DNA of 64,000 nucleotides from Rhynchobatus australiae (taxonomy: Eukaryota): assembly GCA_034780895.1 (NCBI GenBank), contig JAUZTB010000066.1, forward strand, positions 22,746,764-22,810,763. The letters run 5' to 3'. A model generated the notes under the pieces. The model saw only the letters and a list, made by a program, of their open reading frames with translations. It did not search any database and was not told the DNA's origin. Positions 12,490-26,205 of the stretch are shown here, in pieces. The stretch's first letter is position 1, and every line of letters starts with the position of its first letter. Position numbers and translations under genes: made by a program.

Positions 12490-13090
12490 AGGAAGGCAAA
12501 TTGAATGTTGGTCTTTATTATGAAAGAAAATAAATACAGGAATAAAGCTTTTTTACTACAATTATTCAGAGCCTTGATGACTCTCATTACCTAAAAAATA
12601 TACGTGCCATTGAGGGAGTGCAATGAAGATTAAGCAGACAAGCTCAGGCAATGGTGGGAGTGTGTAGAAGGACAGGTTGAGCAGATCAGGTCTATAATGT
12701 CTACAGTTCAGAAGAATGAGAAGTCATCATAACGAAACTGGCAAATTTTTTGCAAGGTTTAACAGAGCGGATGTAGAGAAGATGTTTCACCAACTGAGCA
12801 GTTTCGAACCACCTATGACAGATGCGGAATAAGGGATCTTTTAGGACTGAGATGAGTAGTTATTTCTTCAAGCAGAAAGTGGTGAAACTTTGGAATTCAT
12901 TACTGGTGGACTGTGGAGGCTCAATCAATGAATTCATTTAAAGCAAAGATTGATAAGTTTAGGATATTAAGAGAATCTGGGAACATGGGATTAATGCAGG
13001 AAAATGGTGTTGAGGTAGAAGTTCAGCTATGATCTTGATGAATGCAAAGCAGGCTTGAAAGGCTTATGTGTGCTCTGTTTGCCTTATGAC
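12490..13090 (+). mobile_element. Decayed CR1 LINE 3' portion
   Basis: AGAAGAATGAGAAGTCATC, GAGAAGATGTTTC, AGGACTGAGATGAG, GTGGTGAAACTTTGGAATTC and a 3' UTR GTTGAGGTAGAAG...TCAGC. Confidence 0.8.
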
Positions 13091-14033
13091 CTTGGGGTAA
13101 TTATGTAAAGCACAGCATCCACTACAAACAACATAACTGAACTTTTGTGTTTAACCATGCCCCCCTCCACTGCATTGATTGACCAGACATCAGATACATT
13201 AAGTGCATTCAAAATTGACAGTACCATAGGTGATCACTTCCCTCCTTCGCATGCACACTGGCGCTGTTTTGGATTGTACATTATAAACTGAGTTGGATCA
13301 AAGCTTTTATTGGTGGATTTATCCTTGTTTAAGGTGGATGACAATAGCTAGTCCCTGAAGGGGAAAAATATTTTCCCTACCTAGTCATATATTTTTTGAC
13401 TCTGTGAACCTGTCGTGAAGAATACTTAGTGCTCTGACTACATACCAGAGTGAAATCTAAGATGAAATGTGGTTATGTGGGTCTGCAGTGCTTCCTTTGG
13501 ACTTTATCAGCATTTCAAAAGTTTCCCTTAATTATTCAAGCATACGTGGCTTGATATGAAGACAAATGGTGCTTGTTTGATATTCTTGAAGTCAGGAAAT
13601 GNNNNNNNNNNNNNNNNNNNNNNNNNNNNNNNNNNNNNNNNNNNNNNNNNNNNNNNNNNNNNNNNNNNNNNNNNNNNNNNNNNNNNNNNNNNNNNNNNNN
13701 NNNNNNNNNNNNNNNNNNNNNNNNNNNNNNNNNNNNNNNNNNNNNNNNNNNNNNNNNNNNNNNNNNNNNNNNNATGTTTCCCAGATAAGAACAGTTGCTT
13801 GGCTCTCATTTTCATCCTTAAAGAACAGTCATGTCTGTCGGCTTGTTGACATGTGCATTATCCTTGTCATTTTGAACAAAGTGACCTGTGGGAATGGGTA
13901 CTCAGGTGAGACATGTTAATGGGCTGTTGGATGACAGGTAAAGTACATGCTATTAAACCAGGATGTTTATTAGTTTTCTTTTGGCTTACATGAAGGAGCT
14001 ACTGCCATTACAGAGTCCTTTGTGCTTGTCATT

Positions 14034-14034
<1 letters not shown>

Positions 14035-14073
<39 letters not shown>

Positions 14074-14095
14074 TATGAGAGAGAGAGAGAGAGAT
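14035..14095. repeat. Compound (GT)n-(GA)n microsatellite
   Basis: Read directly. Confidence 0.95.
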
Positions 14096-14309
14096 TTCAT
14101 TCTCTCTGTATTGTTGCTGTGCAGTACTGTCTGTTTTTGATTTCTGAATGTTCATAGAACAAAACTTTGAGTTACTAAAGATGATGTCTCTCCTCTCTGT
14201 TGGCATGAGATTTGGGATCTTTAATTCCATTTAATCTTCAAAACTCCCCATGGAATTTACAGCTGGCATTCCCAAGGAAGTATGCACAGTTCTCATCTTG
14301 ATTTTGATT

Positions 14310-14960
14310 AAAATAAGGTCCTGAGGACACAGAATTAAAGTGAAGGGCAAAAGATACTGGTGGGGGAGGGAAGATGGGGGGCTGTGGGGGCTGAAAGGAA
14401 AGCTGTTTTATTCAGAGAATGGTGATGGTCTGGAAGTCACTACCTGTTAAGAGTTAATCGAGGCTTTTAGAAAGAAATTGAATAGACACAGGGGAAAATA
14501 ATTCAGAAGGCTCAAAGGAAAGAGTAAGGGAATGAAACAAAAGAAATAAGGAGCAGGAATAGACCATTTCGCCCGACGAGATTGCTCCACTGAATAAGAT
14601 CATGCCTGATCTGATCTTGAACTCTACTCCATTTGCCTGCCTGTTCTCTCTAATTCTCAGTTCCCTTATAATCCAAGATTGGGTCAATCACTGTCTTGAA
14701 TATATTCAATGATTCAGCCTCTGCTGCTCTCTGGAGTGAAAAATGCCAAAGATTTACAACTCTCCGAGCGAAAAAATTCCTCCTCAACTCTATGAAATGG
14801 ATGAACCCTTGTCCCTTGTTCTGAAACTCAACATGTCCTAATTAATGTTCTAGTTAATTCTCCCTACTTCTAAATTCACCCACAAGAGAAAACACCCTCT
14901 CAGCATTTGTCAAGCCCTCTCAGAATCTCATCAGTTTTAATGAGGTCACTCTCTATTGCT
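14310..14960. mobile_element. Two adjacent CR1 3' fragments: plus (about 14310-14530), then minus (about 14535-14960)
   Basis: Plus: GGACACAGAATTAAAGTGAAGGG...CAGAGAATGGTG. Minus: ATAAGGAGCAGGAATAGACCATT...AATAAGATCATGCCTGATCTG...AAATTCCTCCTCA. Confidence 0.75.
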
Positions 14961-15154
14961 CCACAAGCAGCTGACATGGACCCAATGTGTCAAATGGCCT
15001 CCTGCACTGCAGTGATTCTGTAGGCATGCTGGTTGTGCATGATAAATCCTTCAGATATGATAGCCATATCCTCAGTCTTGTGCAAGGTCAAAACAAAACC
15101 TGAATCACATTGGGGAAGGAACAGTGCAAGCAGTTGCTCTTGCTTGATCTTCAG

Positions 15155-16130
15155 GTGAACATACAAGCACCTGAAGTAGGAGCACAAGTAGCCCCTTGGA
15201 CCTGCTCCACTTTGAATAAGATCATGGCTAATCTGATTGTAACTCCAACCCTGTAACAACATCTACCCAAGGGATCTTCATTCCTTTGCTTATCAAATAC
15301 CTAATCATCCTGCCTTAAAAATATTCAAAGACTTTGTTTTTACTGCTTTTTGAGGAAGATAGTTCCAAGGACTAGCAACTTTTAGAGAAAAAGTTTCATC
15401 TCATCTCTGTCTTAACTGGATGATTATTTGGTGTTAAACAGTGATCCCTAGTTCTTTATTCTCCTGCAAGAAGATACATCCTCTCCACTCTGTCAAGAGC
15501 CCAGGATCTTGTATGTTTCAGTCAAGTCCTTTGTCACTCTTCTAATCTCCATTAGATACAAGCCCAGCCTGTCCAAACAGTTTTCTGAGGACGATTCACC
15601 TATTCCAGGTGTTAATCAAGTAAACCTTCTCTGGACTGGTTACAAAGCATTACCATTCTTCCTGAAAGGAATAAATGATATCGTTCTCTTAGCTTTCCTA
15701 ATCACTTGCCGTACCTGCTTACTAGCTCTGTGTAATTCATTAACTAGGACGTCTAGATTCCTCTGCATCTCATAGGTCTACAGACTTTCACCATTTAGAT
15801 AATTGGCTTCATTTTTTTGTTACTTTTCCTTCCAAAACAGTCAATTGCACATTTTCCCATGTCGTGCAACACTTGGCAACTCACTTAACCTATCTATATT
15901 CCTTTACCAACCTCCTTATGGCCTCTTTACCTCTATCTTGGGTGTTTCATGGTCAGTGTGGCCTTGCCATATGACTATGAAATCAATCCTCCCACTCTTT
16001 GTATCATCAGCAAATTTTGCAACCATTCCTTCATGCAAGTCCTCGACATAAATTACAAAAAGTTGAAGCTCCACCATTAATCCCAGTGGCACACCACTCA
16101 TTACTTCCTGCCAACCAGAAAAAGATCAAT
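15155..16130 (-). mobile_element. Decayed CR1 LINE (RT core to 3' tail, internally deleted)
   Basis: Minus ORF 15916-16101 (SGVPLGLMVELQLFVIYVEDL...KFADDTK) carries CR1 RT motifs; the tail lies near 15160-15250. Confidence 0.85.
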
Positions 16131-17169
16131 TTATTATGAACAAAATTAGTTTTTTTTCACTTTCTTTTGGCAGGAGTGGATTCTACTGACCCAGTGAGCT
16201 ATGTGTCATGTTTGTTTGCATCTGTGTCCCTAGTTAGTTGAGATGAGGTAAGGTACTTAATCGACTCTCTGAGCCAACCCCCACACTCATTCCCACTCTA
16301 ATCCCACCACAACACGAACCATTTGGAGCCACTCAGTTCCCAACATTCTTGAAATCTTGTTTTTGTTGTCATTCTGTGAGCATTTGGGCTGTGAATGGCA
16401 CCCCAGCTCTGCTCTGATGGACTTTGACAGCTCAAGTTCACTGCTTTTAAATGTCTCTTATTTTTTTAAAAAAGTGGAGATTGATTTAAGTGATTTGAAT
16501 TTTAAAAAATTGAATATTAGAAGGAATACTTATTAGAAATATGTAAAACTACTGCTAATTAATTAAGAAAAGGTAAATATGTAATGAAACTTTTAAAGAA
16601 TAGACAAAATCCTTGGATAAACTTACCTGCTTAATGAGACTCAGTGACCCTTTTCGCAAGAACAGGGCCCATGGAGCCAGCTGGGGTAAAGCTGAGAGAC
16701 TTGGTAAACTCCACACGATTTATAGAGCTACTTCATTAGCTTTTCCATACTCAGGCAATGAAAATCATACACAGTGCCCTCCTCCAAAGGTTTCAATTTA
16801 TTCATGAAATGAAACCTGATCTCCTGAATTTTGTGCCCTTTAACCAGAAAAGTAACCTTAAGGTGGTGCAAGCAGATCGAGAAATTTCATAACATCAGGT
16901 GCAGGTCCAGGTTTCTGTGGGTTGGCAGGAAACCACAAGTACTTCTCAGATGCTTCCAGCTCTCCATGCATGAAAGGAGGCTCAGCCTTCATAGTGTCTG
17001 CCAGCCAACTCGGAGGAACTCCATTTCTTCTCTGAACACAAAGGCTAAGATCTTTGAAGTAGTCTTGCCTCACAGGTTGTCGTAGAAAAGACTGATGGTA
17101 AAGCCTCAGAAAGATGAAGATGAAAGGTAAGATGAGAAGCAGGTTCACTTCATAGTTCAGTGAGATCTT

Positions 17170-17700
17170 AGTTGAATTACCTTCCTTGATTCACTTAGTA
17201 TCTGAAAATCAATCAATCAGAGTCTTGGATATAGATGAAGATTACTCACTGGGATTGAGAATTCCAAAGATTTACAATCCTTTGAATGAACTGCGCTGGG
17301 TATAAATAGCCAACCTTTTATAGTAAGACTGTGTCAATTTGTTCTACATTTCTCAGCCAAGGGAAATCCCTTGCAAGTATTTACGATACCAGCTCCATTG
17401 ATAATTTTCGAGTGGGATCACCTCTCAGTCTTCAAATCTCTAGGGATTATATATGTACTCCCTTCTCAATTTCTCCTCAGANNNNNNNNNNNNNNNNNNN
17501 NNNNNNNNNNNNNNNNNNNNNNNNNNNNNNNNNNNNNNNNNNNNNNNNNNNNNNNNNNNNNNNNNNNNNNNNNNNNNNNNNCCCTTCTCAATTTCTCCTC
17601 AGAAGACAATACCTTCATCCAAGAGATTGCTCAGAGTAAACCTTGTTGCACTTTCTCTGACATGCGTATTCTTCCTTAGGAAGGAAGACCAAAAAGTTAT
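17170..17700 (-). mobile_element. Decayed CR1 LINE 3' fragment spanning a 100-N gap
   Basis: GAGAATTCCAAAGATTTACAATCC and other motifs shared with neighbouring CR1 copies. Confidence 0.6.
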
Positions 17701-17974
17701 AAGACTTCACCACTTCTTTGGAAAATAAGATCTGATTGTCACCTTCCTAATCTGACAAAATAGGGAACTTTCAGGCACTTTATCACCACTAGTTTCCCAG
17801 TGACTTGACAAAGATATCACCAGGTTCGATCAATTTCATGAACATAACCAGAACCTGCTTTACTAATGGTTGACCTGACCAATTCTGTCAAACAAGGCGC
17901 TCAGACATACTTCGAAATCTCTAATGATATGATCCACCCCACCACTTGCACCACCACACCCTCCCAGTACTGTA

Positions 17975-18970
17975 TATACAATCATAAGAGTAGAAATAAA
18001 CCATGAAGTCCCTTGAGCCAGCTCCACCATTCATTAAGATTCTGGTTGATCTGAACTTGGCCTCAGCTCCACTTTCCTTCTTATTTTTCATAATGCTTGA
18101 CTCCATTATAGATCAAAAGTCTGTCTACCTTGGTCTTGAATGACTCTGCCTTTACAGTTTCTGGGTAGAGAATTCCCAAGATGCATGGCCCTCCAAGGGA
18201 GGGAATTCCTCCTCATTTCCATATTTAATAGGCAATCCTTACTCTAAAATGATAGCCCCTAAATTTAATTCGACAGCATGGGGAAACATCCTCTCAGCAT
18301 CTGCCCTTCAAGCACCTCAGAATTTCTGCATGTTTCAAGTAGACCATCTCTCATTGTTCAAAACCTCAGTGAGTACAGGCTCAGCCTGCTCAGCCTTTCC
18401 ACATGTCAGCCTTCATCCCAGTATTCAACCCAGTGAACCTCTGCAGTGAACCTTGAACAAGGAGACCGAAACTGTATGCGGTAAACCAGGTTCCAGTCCA
18501 CAAGTTCCAGTCCAGTTGTAGTAAGATGCCAACTTTTATACTGCAGCCCCTTTGCAATAAAGTACAACTTTCCATTCATTTTTGTAATGAATTGTGATGC
18601 TGGCATGTTATCTTCTTGTGTTTCATCTAAGATGATGTCCAAAATCCCTCTTCACAGCAGCATTTGGAATTGTCCCTCTATTCAAAGCACATTCTACTTT
18701 AACACAGGGGAGAATCTTATGTATCCCTGCATAACACTCCAACTGCCAAATTTTTGCCTGCTTGCTTGGCCTATCTGTATTTCATTGTAGGTTATATGTG
18801 TCCACTTCACAACTTGCTTTTGGACCTCAGTTTGCGTCATTGGCAAATTTGGTTCCTTAATCCAAGTCATTAATATCGACTGTAAGTAGTGAAAACTCAG
18901 CATTGATCCCTGTGGTACCCCACTAAAAAGAGAAACCCAACTTGAAAATGGCCCAGTTCTTCCCAACTCT
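17975..18970 (-). mobile_element. Decayed CR1 LINE (RT to 3' tail)
   Basis: Minus ORF 18694-18966 (FSSWVSLFSGVPQGSML), ORF 18406-18642 (LYFIAKGLQYKS), and tail CATAAGAGTAGAAATAAACCAT. Confidence 0.85.
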
Positions 18971-21900
18971 TATGTATTCCTTTCAAATCTTTGCTAAGCC
19001 AGTTGCACTGTCACGCTTGTTTCTGGAGAAAAGACCTTAGAGGATGCTACAAGGTTTGAGATTGAGAGCTGAGCCACAGATAACATGAAGCAAATTGCAG
19101 AATAAATCCTTGGAAACCATTGTTGGTGACAATGTTAAAGTGGGCTGCTCTCTGCAAAATGCCACCCTATCCTTTTGATAGACATAAGTAAAGCATTCAT
19201 GGGCTCCATTGCAAGTCAAGGATTTTGGTTTCTTTTCTGGAACACAGGTGCATTGAAACAGCATTGTGACAGTGGATTCAGAGAAGAATGTGTCTCAGGC
19301 AGATGTCAACCAAAGCTCGACCGCTTCCCAATAAAAGCCAAGTAAAGCTATTAACTAATTGCCCACAAAAACAATAGCCAAATCTTACTTGGTGATTGCT
19401 AAACTTGGAAGATCCTTGATACCCCCTGATCCTGCTAAATGTCAGGGTTTTGGTCAAATTATTCTGATCAAACAAAAAAATATTAACAGTTTGAACTTCA
19501 AAGGACCAATTCATTCATTTGTTAGTGCAACGTGACAAAGTACAAATGATTACACAGAATAAATGCATGTAAAAAAGTATATTCCAGGTACGTCAGAAGT
19601 AATTATTTAGCAGAAGGATAATATTCAAAAATTGTTTGCCAAGCTTAATACAATCACAAAAAAAAGTAAAAGATAGGTCAGATGAGGAAAAGTCTATTCA
19701 GAGTGCAGTGAAAATGTGGAGTTCTTAGCCACAAGATATGCTAAAAGAAGAATAATAAAGGTGATGGGACTGAGCAGGAGAATGGGACTAAACATTAGGA
19801 TTTGGGAAAAAGACATTGACCTGATACGTTGATGTGTCTCTCCTGTTGCTTAATCTTTCTTTGATTCTGTGGCCTACATGGACAGGAAGGGAGTTTGATG
19901 GATAGAGTTTCATAGTGGAGCTCTGCATGCTGTGCTGTTAATGCCATGGTGTGCTTCTTTGGTCCTCAGATGGATTTTCTTTCAGATGTCAGCCTAATAG
20001 AAAGGCTGGTCTCTGATCAGGCAGGGATAACTCCGGACAGTATGACTTAGGTCTGCTTCCAATTCAGTTTTAACACATCATAACTGACAATGGGGGACAA
20101 ACTGAATGCATTCTTATCCCCAAGATGTTTTTGTGGGGCGAAGTGTTTGACCAGGACTAGGAGAGGGACTTCTGCCAATTTAAATTGCCATTTTGCCTCC
20201 TGCAAGTGAACTCCCCTTGTCCCACCTCCCCCCAACCTATAAGGAGGGAAAATTAGAGGTAGGTTGGTGTTCTGATTCAGCAGTTTAAAATCTGACTCCT
20301 CCCAATGCCTCTTTAGGTGTTAAAAATTTATCCTGAAGATTCTAGGTTACATACACAAATGGCAGGCATTGATTTAAATCAAATCACATTCATATTCTAC
20401 TCTGGGGAAAGTTGGGCNNNNNNNNNNNNNNNNNNNNNNNNNNNNNNNNNNNNNNNNNNNNNNNNNNNNNNNNNNNNNNNNNNNNNNNNNNNNNNNNNNN
20501 NNNNNNNNNNNNNNNNNNNNNNNNNNNNNNNNNNNNNNNNNNNNNNNNNNNNNNNNNNNNNNNNNNNNNNNNNNNNNNNNNNNNNNNNNNNNNNNNNNNN
20601 NNNNNNNNNNNNNNNNNNNNNNNNNNNNNNNNNNNNNNNNNNNNNNNNNNNNNNNNNNNNNNNNNNNNNNNNNNNNNNNNNNNNNNNNNNNNNNNNNNNN
20701 NNNNNNNNNNNNNNNNNNNNNNNNNNNNNNNNNNNNNNNNNNNNNNNNNNNNNNNNNNNNNNNNNNNNNNNNNNNNNNNNNNNNNNNNNNNNNNNNNNNN
20801 NNNNNNNNNNNNNNNNNNNNNNNNNNNNNNNNNNNNNNNNNNNNNNNNNNNNNNNNNNNNNNNNNNNNNNNNNNNNNNNNNNNNNNNNNNNNNNNNNNNN
20901 NNNNNNNNNNNNNNNNNNNNNNNNNNNNNNNNNNNNNNNNNNNNNNNNNNNNNNNNNNNNNNNNNNNNNNNNNNNNNNNNNNNNNNNNNNNNNNNNNNNN
21001 NNNAAGAACTTGTCAACAGATACCAGTGGCCACAAATAGTTTGATGCATTTGTCATTTTTATTCTGCGGATCTGCACCACAGTGTAATTATTCACCTGAC
21101 TGCAGCATACTTAGTTGTAAAGTGGAGGTGAATTTCCTTCTTTTCAGATTCAGATAGAAAGTCTCCAAGGGGTGAAAATTAATTCATCCCGGGCACTTGT
21201 GCTAAAAGCATTTATGTATAGTCGTGACTGTGTGTTGTGCTCTGCTTGGCAACTGGCTTTGCACTGACGTCAGTGGAACCAAACTTCGACATACATGGCT
21301 CAGGCGTACTCATTCTCGATTCCCCTCTGTCATTCCAGATGTGTGGTGTTAAAGGTCCCTGCACCAAGTTCCTCTTGGTCTCAGTTTCTTGCTTTGTGGG
21401 ATAGAACACATGGCAGTGTGTTGTGGCTTGATATTATTTCTCTTGAAATGAGTGCAACTCGCAGTAGAGTCAAAATCATGCAGTTGGAAAGAGTGATCAC
21501 CTCATAGCATTAATGTAGATGGTACAAATCAGGGGAGGAGCCACTTTTGCACAGCTTTCAATTAATGGTATAATTCTGAGTCCATTTGGAATGGATGCCA
21601 AAAAGAATTGCAAGAGAATTTTTTGAACTTGATATGAAATCTTATTAATTTCAGCAGAGACTTGAACAGGCAGCTGGTTTATGGCTAACTGTAACATGTA
21701 ATTGAAATTCAGATGTCAATGGGGTAGAAATTGGTGGGCTGGTGCCCCAGTCTCAACGCTGAGTGATCAGTGTCCACCCAAATCAAAACAGCCAAGGATG
21801 GGTGGAACTCCTTGCTGAGGCAAACTCACCCAATGAAGGGCGAGAGTGATGAGCTACCTGTCTCAGTGGAGGCAGAACTTGGGTAAATAAAGTGATAGGG

Positions 21901-22124
21901 GAATTGGGGCGAACTACTGGTAAAAGATGATCACTGCTCTTCTTATGCCATATTTATAACCCTCATATTCCAAGAGCACTCTCCCTCCTGTTTGTACAAG
22001 ATGTACTTTGTAAAAAAAGACAAACATTTAAAACTTCCCAACAAGCCTCTAAAGACTCCAAAACTGGCCAGGCCCACTTCCTGGCTCACCAGTCACTGAC
22101 GATTTTTTGATGAATTCCTTCAAC

Positions 22125-22527
22125 AGGCATCAGAGGGGAGGATCTCATTGAAACCTACCGAATATTGAAAGGCCTGGATAGAGAGGACGCAGAGAGGATG
22201 TTTCCAGTAGTGGGAGAGTCTAGGACCAGTGGGCACAGCCTCAGAGTAGAAGGATGTCCCTTCAGAACAGAGATAAGGAGGAATTTCATTAGCCAAGGGG
22301 GTGGTGAATCTGTGGAATTCATTGCCACAGACGGCTGTGGAGGCCAAGTCATTGGGTATATTTAAACTGGAGGTTGATAGGTTCTTGATTAATAGGGGCA
22401 TCAAAGGTTACGGGGAGGAGAATGGAGTTGAGAGGGAAAAATAAATTAGCATGATTGAATGGCAGAGCAGACTCGAAGGGCCGAATAGCCTAATTCTGCT
22501 CCTATGTCTTAAGATCTTATGGTCTTA
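22125..22527 (+). mobile_element. Well-preserved CR1 LINE 3' end
   Basis: ORF KGLDREDAERMFPVVGESRTSGHSLRVEGCPFRTEIRRNF, terminal GGGCCGAATAGCCTAATTCTGCTCCTATG and a TCTTA-type tail. Confidence 0.9.
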
Positions 22528-22846
22528 AATCTCAAAGTTTTGGGCCATTATCTAAATAAAAGACCCCATTAAAGTTGCAGTGGCAGTGACGTCAACCCAA
22601 ATTGGCTACTTCATTTTGGTGTGACTTGTTACTGTTTTGTGCCTAAAAGAATATACACAAATCAGTTTTGATCTCAGTGACTGTAGCATAGTGATTTGGT
22701 GATTCTGTAACTTCAGTAAGGACCCACACCCACTGCAGGCATGAATCAATGATTCAGGGTAACAGTTTGGAAAGTCTACCTCTGTTCTTGCAGCTGCCTG
22801 CTCAGAATGCAACCATCTCAAAGTTACTGACAGCATAGATGATTCA

Positions 22847-23517
22847 TACCACAAAAAGTCCTTCTGCGCACTTGCCCTGACACTGCCCTGCTGCCATTTT
22901 AATTCAATTAACATGTAGCTCCCTTACAATGCAGATATTGAACTGATAATGTAACTCTGGTATATCAACTCCTTTTTTGCAAGACTTCATGCCTCAACTT
23001 TACTCTTGTATAGATCCATGGCAGTTTTATTGATGCTTGTAATGAACAATACTATTTATGAGTGTAGAATATTTTTCAGGAAATGCAGATAAAAATCTAA
23101 AGAACTCAATACATGGTTAAAGTGGCATTAAAGGTTTACAAAGTCATGCATTTATTTACAATAATATACCTGAGGCTCCAGAAGGTACATTTGGTTACCA
23201 TGGAATTCCGTTGTCTTTGGAGATGCCTGTAATTGATCAATTACAGTAGTGATTGATGCATACATTCTACTTCCCATTACGTTCATCACTGAGGCCTGAA
23301 AGATGTCATTGTGCTGCCATGCTTGCCATGTATGCTTGCAATTTAATTGAACACTTCCATGTTCTGAGACCAGGGCTGAGCTTTATATGGATTTCTTTTC
23401 TGCATATTTTTGGGGTATCATTGTAAAGAAGAGATGACCTTGAGCAAAGATGTTAATTGAATTAAAATGGCAGCAGGACAGTGTCAGGGCAAGTGCGCAG
23501 AAGGACTTTTTGTGGTA
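22847..23517. repeat. 68-bp near-perfect inverted duplication (22847-22914 vs 23450-23517) ending at a gap
   Basis: The arms are reverse complements with one mismatch; the ORF track shows MLIELKWQQ[G/D]SVRASAQKDFLW on both strands. Confidence 0.9.
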
Positions 23518-25929
23518 NNNNNNNNNNNNNNNNNNNNNNNNNNNNNNNNNNNNNNNNNNNNNNNNNNNNNNNNNNNNNNNNNNNNNNNNNNNNNNNNNNN
23601 NNNNNNNNNNNNNNNNNNNNNNNNNNNNNNNNNNNNNNNNNNNNNNNNNNNNNNNNNNNNNNNNNNNNNNNNNNNNNNNNNNNNNNNNNNNNNNNNNNNN
23701 NNNNNNNNNNNNNNNNNNNNNNNNNNNNNNNNNNNNNNNNNNNNNNNNNNNNNNNNNNNNNNNNNNNNNNNNNNNNNNNNNNNNNNNNNNNNNNNNNNNN
23801 NNNNNNNNNNNNNNNNNNNNNNNNNNNNNNNNNNNNNNNNNNNNNNNNNNNNNNNNNNNNNNNNNNNNNNNNNNNNNNNNNNNNNNNNNNNNNNNNNNNN
23901 NNNNNNNNNNNNNNNNNNNNNNNNNNNNNNNNNNNNNNNNNNNNNNNNNNNNNNNNNNNNNNNNNNNNNNNNNNNNNNNNNNNNNNNNNNNNNNNNNNNN
24001 NNNNNNNNNNNNNNNNNNNNNNNNNNNNNNNNNNNNNNNNNNNNNNNNNNNNNNNNNNNNNNNNNNTGACACTACAGTTGTTTTGGTGCCATTAGTTGAG
24101 AAGGAATATAGTTTGAAAAGCAGACCTCTGTTTATTATCACATCTGAAATGTAACTCCCCTGCAATGCAGAAATTCTGCATTCTTTCATACTTTGCGCTC
24201 AGGAAGACCCACTTCCTGGGCTTATCAAGAGGTACATAAATTGTCTCTAGGGTGTGATCAGTGGCACCACAGCTGGACAGTTGTTTATCAAAGTGAGTGG
24301 AACCCTGGGTCCAAAGCAGAATAATACCTTCACCCATATATGTTTACCCACTCCCTCGACAGGTGCTGCCACTGCTATCAACTGGATAGGATTGAATGAC
24401 CTCAATGTCCAGCTCATTTTAACCATACCATACTCACTTGTTATCAGTTGTTGACTTCAAAATTACATCAATGCACTCTTTTATCCAACATAATAAATGT
24501 GTGGGTGGCTCCTGGGAAGATCAAGGATAACACATGCAGCTGTTGATGATATTTGTACCTTCCCAGGGTACCAGCTTAGCATCACTATTACAGGGTCCAA
24601 TCTACTAAACAGAGTCAGCGTAGACCACACAGTTGGGATTTTAAATGCTCTCCTGGATCTCTCTTGAGAAGATATGCTGGAAAATAGTCTAATTCTTTTC
24701 TCAAGGGTTATGTTTGTGCATTCTGTTTTGCAATGAAATCTCATCCTGGAGGTCCCAAAGGAGGAAAGCACTCAAGGCAGAAGTTCGGGGATTTGTCAGA
24801 CACATGGCAGCAGCAGTCAAAAGGGTCCCTCAGGTGTCCTGTTGCTGACTGGAAGAGGCATTCACACTAATTTAATACGGCAGACCTCTCAAGTGCTACA
24901 CTGGCCAACACACAGATACTCCTAGTAATAACCTTACTTGTACCCAACATGGGTCCCACCATCTCACATCCATTCTTTCCACAGTTTAGTTGCACATCTT
25001 TCAGTTGGCTACCTTGTCAGTCATTTTCCCATCCTTGGCAAGCATGGTATTTTCATGGAACAATTTAAAGAGTCATGTGCTGCCTCATGGGTATTGTTGG
25101 TGAGTCATTAAAGCACTTAACTCAGGGGAATGGTTGATTGTAAACTATTCCACCTTCCAGACCTGAAACAAGCTTCACAATGTTTTTGAATTGTTGTGTA
25201 ATTGACACTGAGTACTTAGATCATTCATGGGACACTGATGTCACTGACAAAGCTGGAATTTTCACTCATCCCAAACTGTCCTCGAACTGAGGGAACTTAA
25301 GGGTGTACCAGATTATTATTGGTCTGTGGCCATATACAGGCTCCAAACAGGGACAGTAGATTTCCTTCTCCAAAAGAAATTAGTGAACTGATGGGTTTTT
25401 ACACATGTCTATTAGTTTCATGGTCACCGTTTCATGCACCAGCTTTGTGTTCCAGAGTTATTCAACTGATTATAAATTTGCCAAGTGTCCCATTGGGATT
25501 TGAACGGGTGCCAGTCTAGACCTCTGGATTATAAATCCAGTAACAAAAGCACTTTGCTACCATAACTACTGTTGCTATGCTGTTCTGCTGCTGTACAATA
25601 GTGTACACCTTTCAACAATACTTCCTTCCNNNNNNNNNNNNNNNNNNNNNNNNNNNNNNNNNNNNNNNNNNNNNNNNNNNNNNNNNNNNNNNNNNNNNNN
25701 NNNNNNNNNNNNNNNNNNNNNNNNNNNNNNNNNNNNNNNNNNNNNNNNNNNNNNNNNNNNNNNNNNNNNNNNNNNNNNNNNNNNNNNNNNNNNNNNNNNN
25801 NNNNNNNNNNNNNNNNNNNNNNNNNNNNNNNNNNNNNNNNNNNNNNNNNNNNNNNNNNNNNNNNNNNNNNNNNNNNNNNNNNNNNNNNNNNNNNNNNNNN
25901 NNNNNNNNNNNNNNNNNNNNNNNNNNNNN

Positions 25930-26205
25930 TTATTAGTCACATGTACATCGAAACACACAGTGAAATGCATCTTTTGCGCAGAGTGTTCTGGGGGCAGCCC
26001 GCAAGTATCACCACAGTTCTGGCGGCAACATAGCATGCCCACACCTTCCTAACCTGTACATCTTTGGAATGTGGGAGGAAACCGGAGAACTCGGAGGAAA
26101 CCCATGCAGACAAGGGAAGAACGTACAAGCTCCTTACAGACAACACTGGGAATTGAACTGGGGTCTCTGGCACTGTAATAGCATTACGCTAACCACTACA
26201 CTACC
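25930..26205 (-). mobile_element. tRNA-derived V-domain SINE
   Basis: Minus strand: A-box-like TAGTGTAGTGG, B-box-like AGTTCAATTCC, V-core GTCTGCATGGGTTTCCTCCGAGTTCTCCGGTTTCCTCCCACA, LINE-like tail. Confidence 0.85.

Noticed and set aside
21719-22612. Old DNA-transposon-like element with TIRs around the CR1 copy
   Set aside because: The putative ends (GGGGTAGAAATTGG / CAAATTGGCTAC) match too weakly to support a call.
20317-24189. Long ORFs of 200-268 aa in the track
   Set aside because: Almost entirely X residues from N-gaps; the same applies to the ORFs near 3200, 13600, 25600 and 26600.
26150-26205. tRNA gene (A and B boxes)
   Set aside because: It is a SINE head followed by the V-domain, with no full cloverleaf; the same holds at 50805 and 55560.
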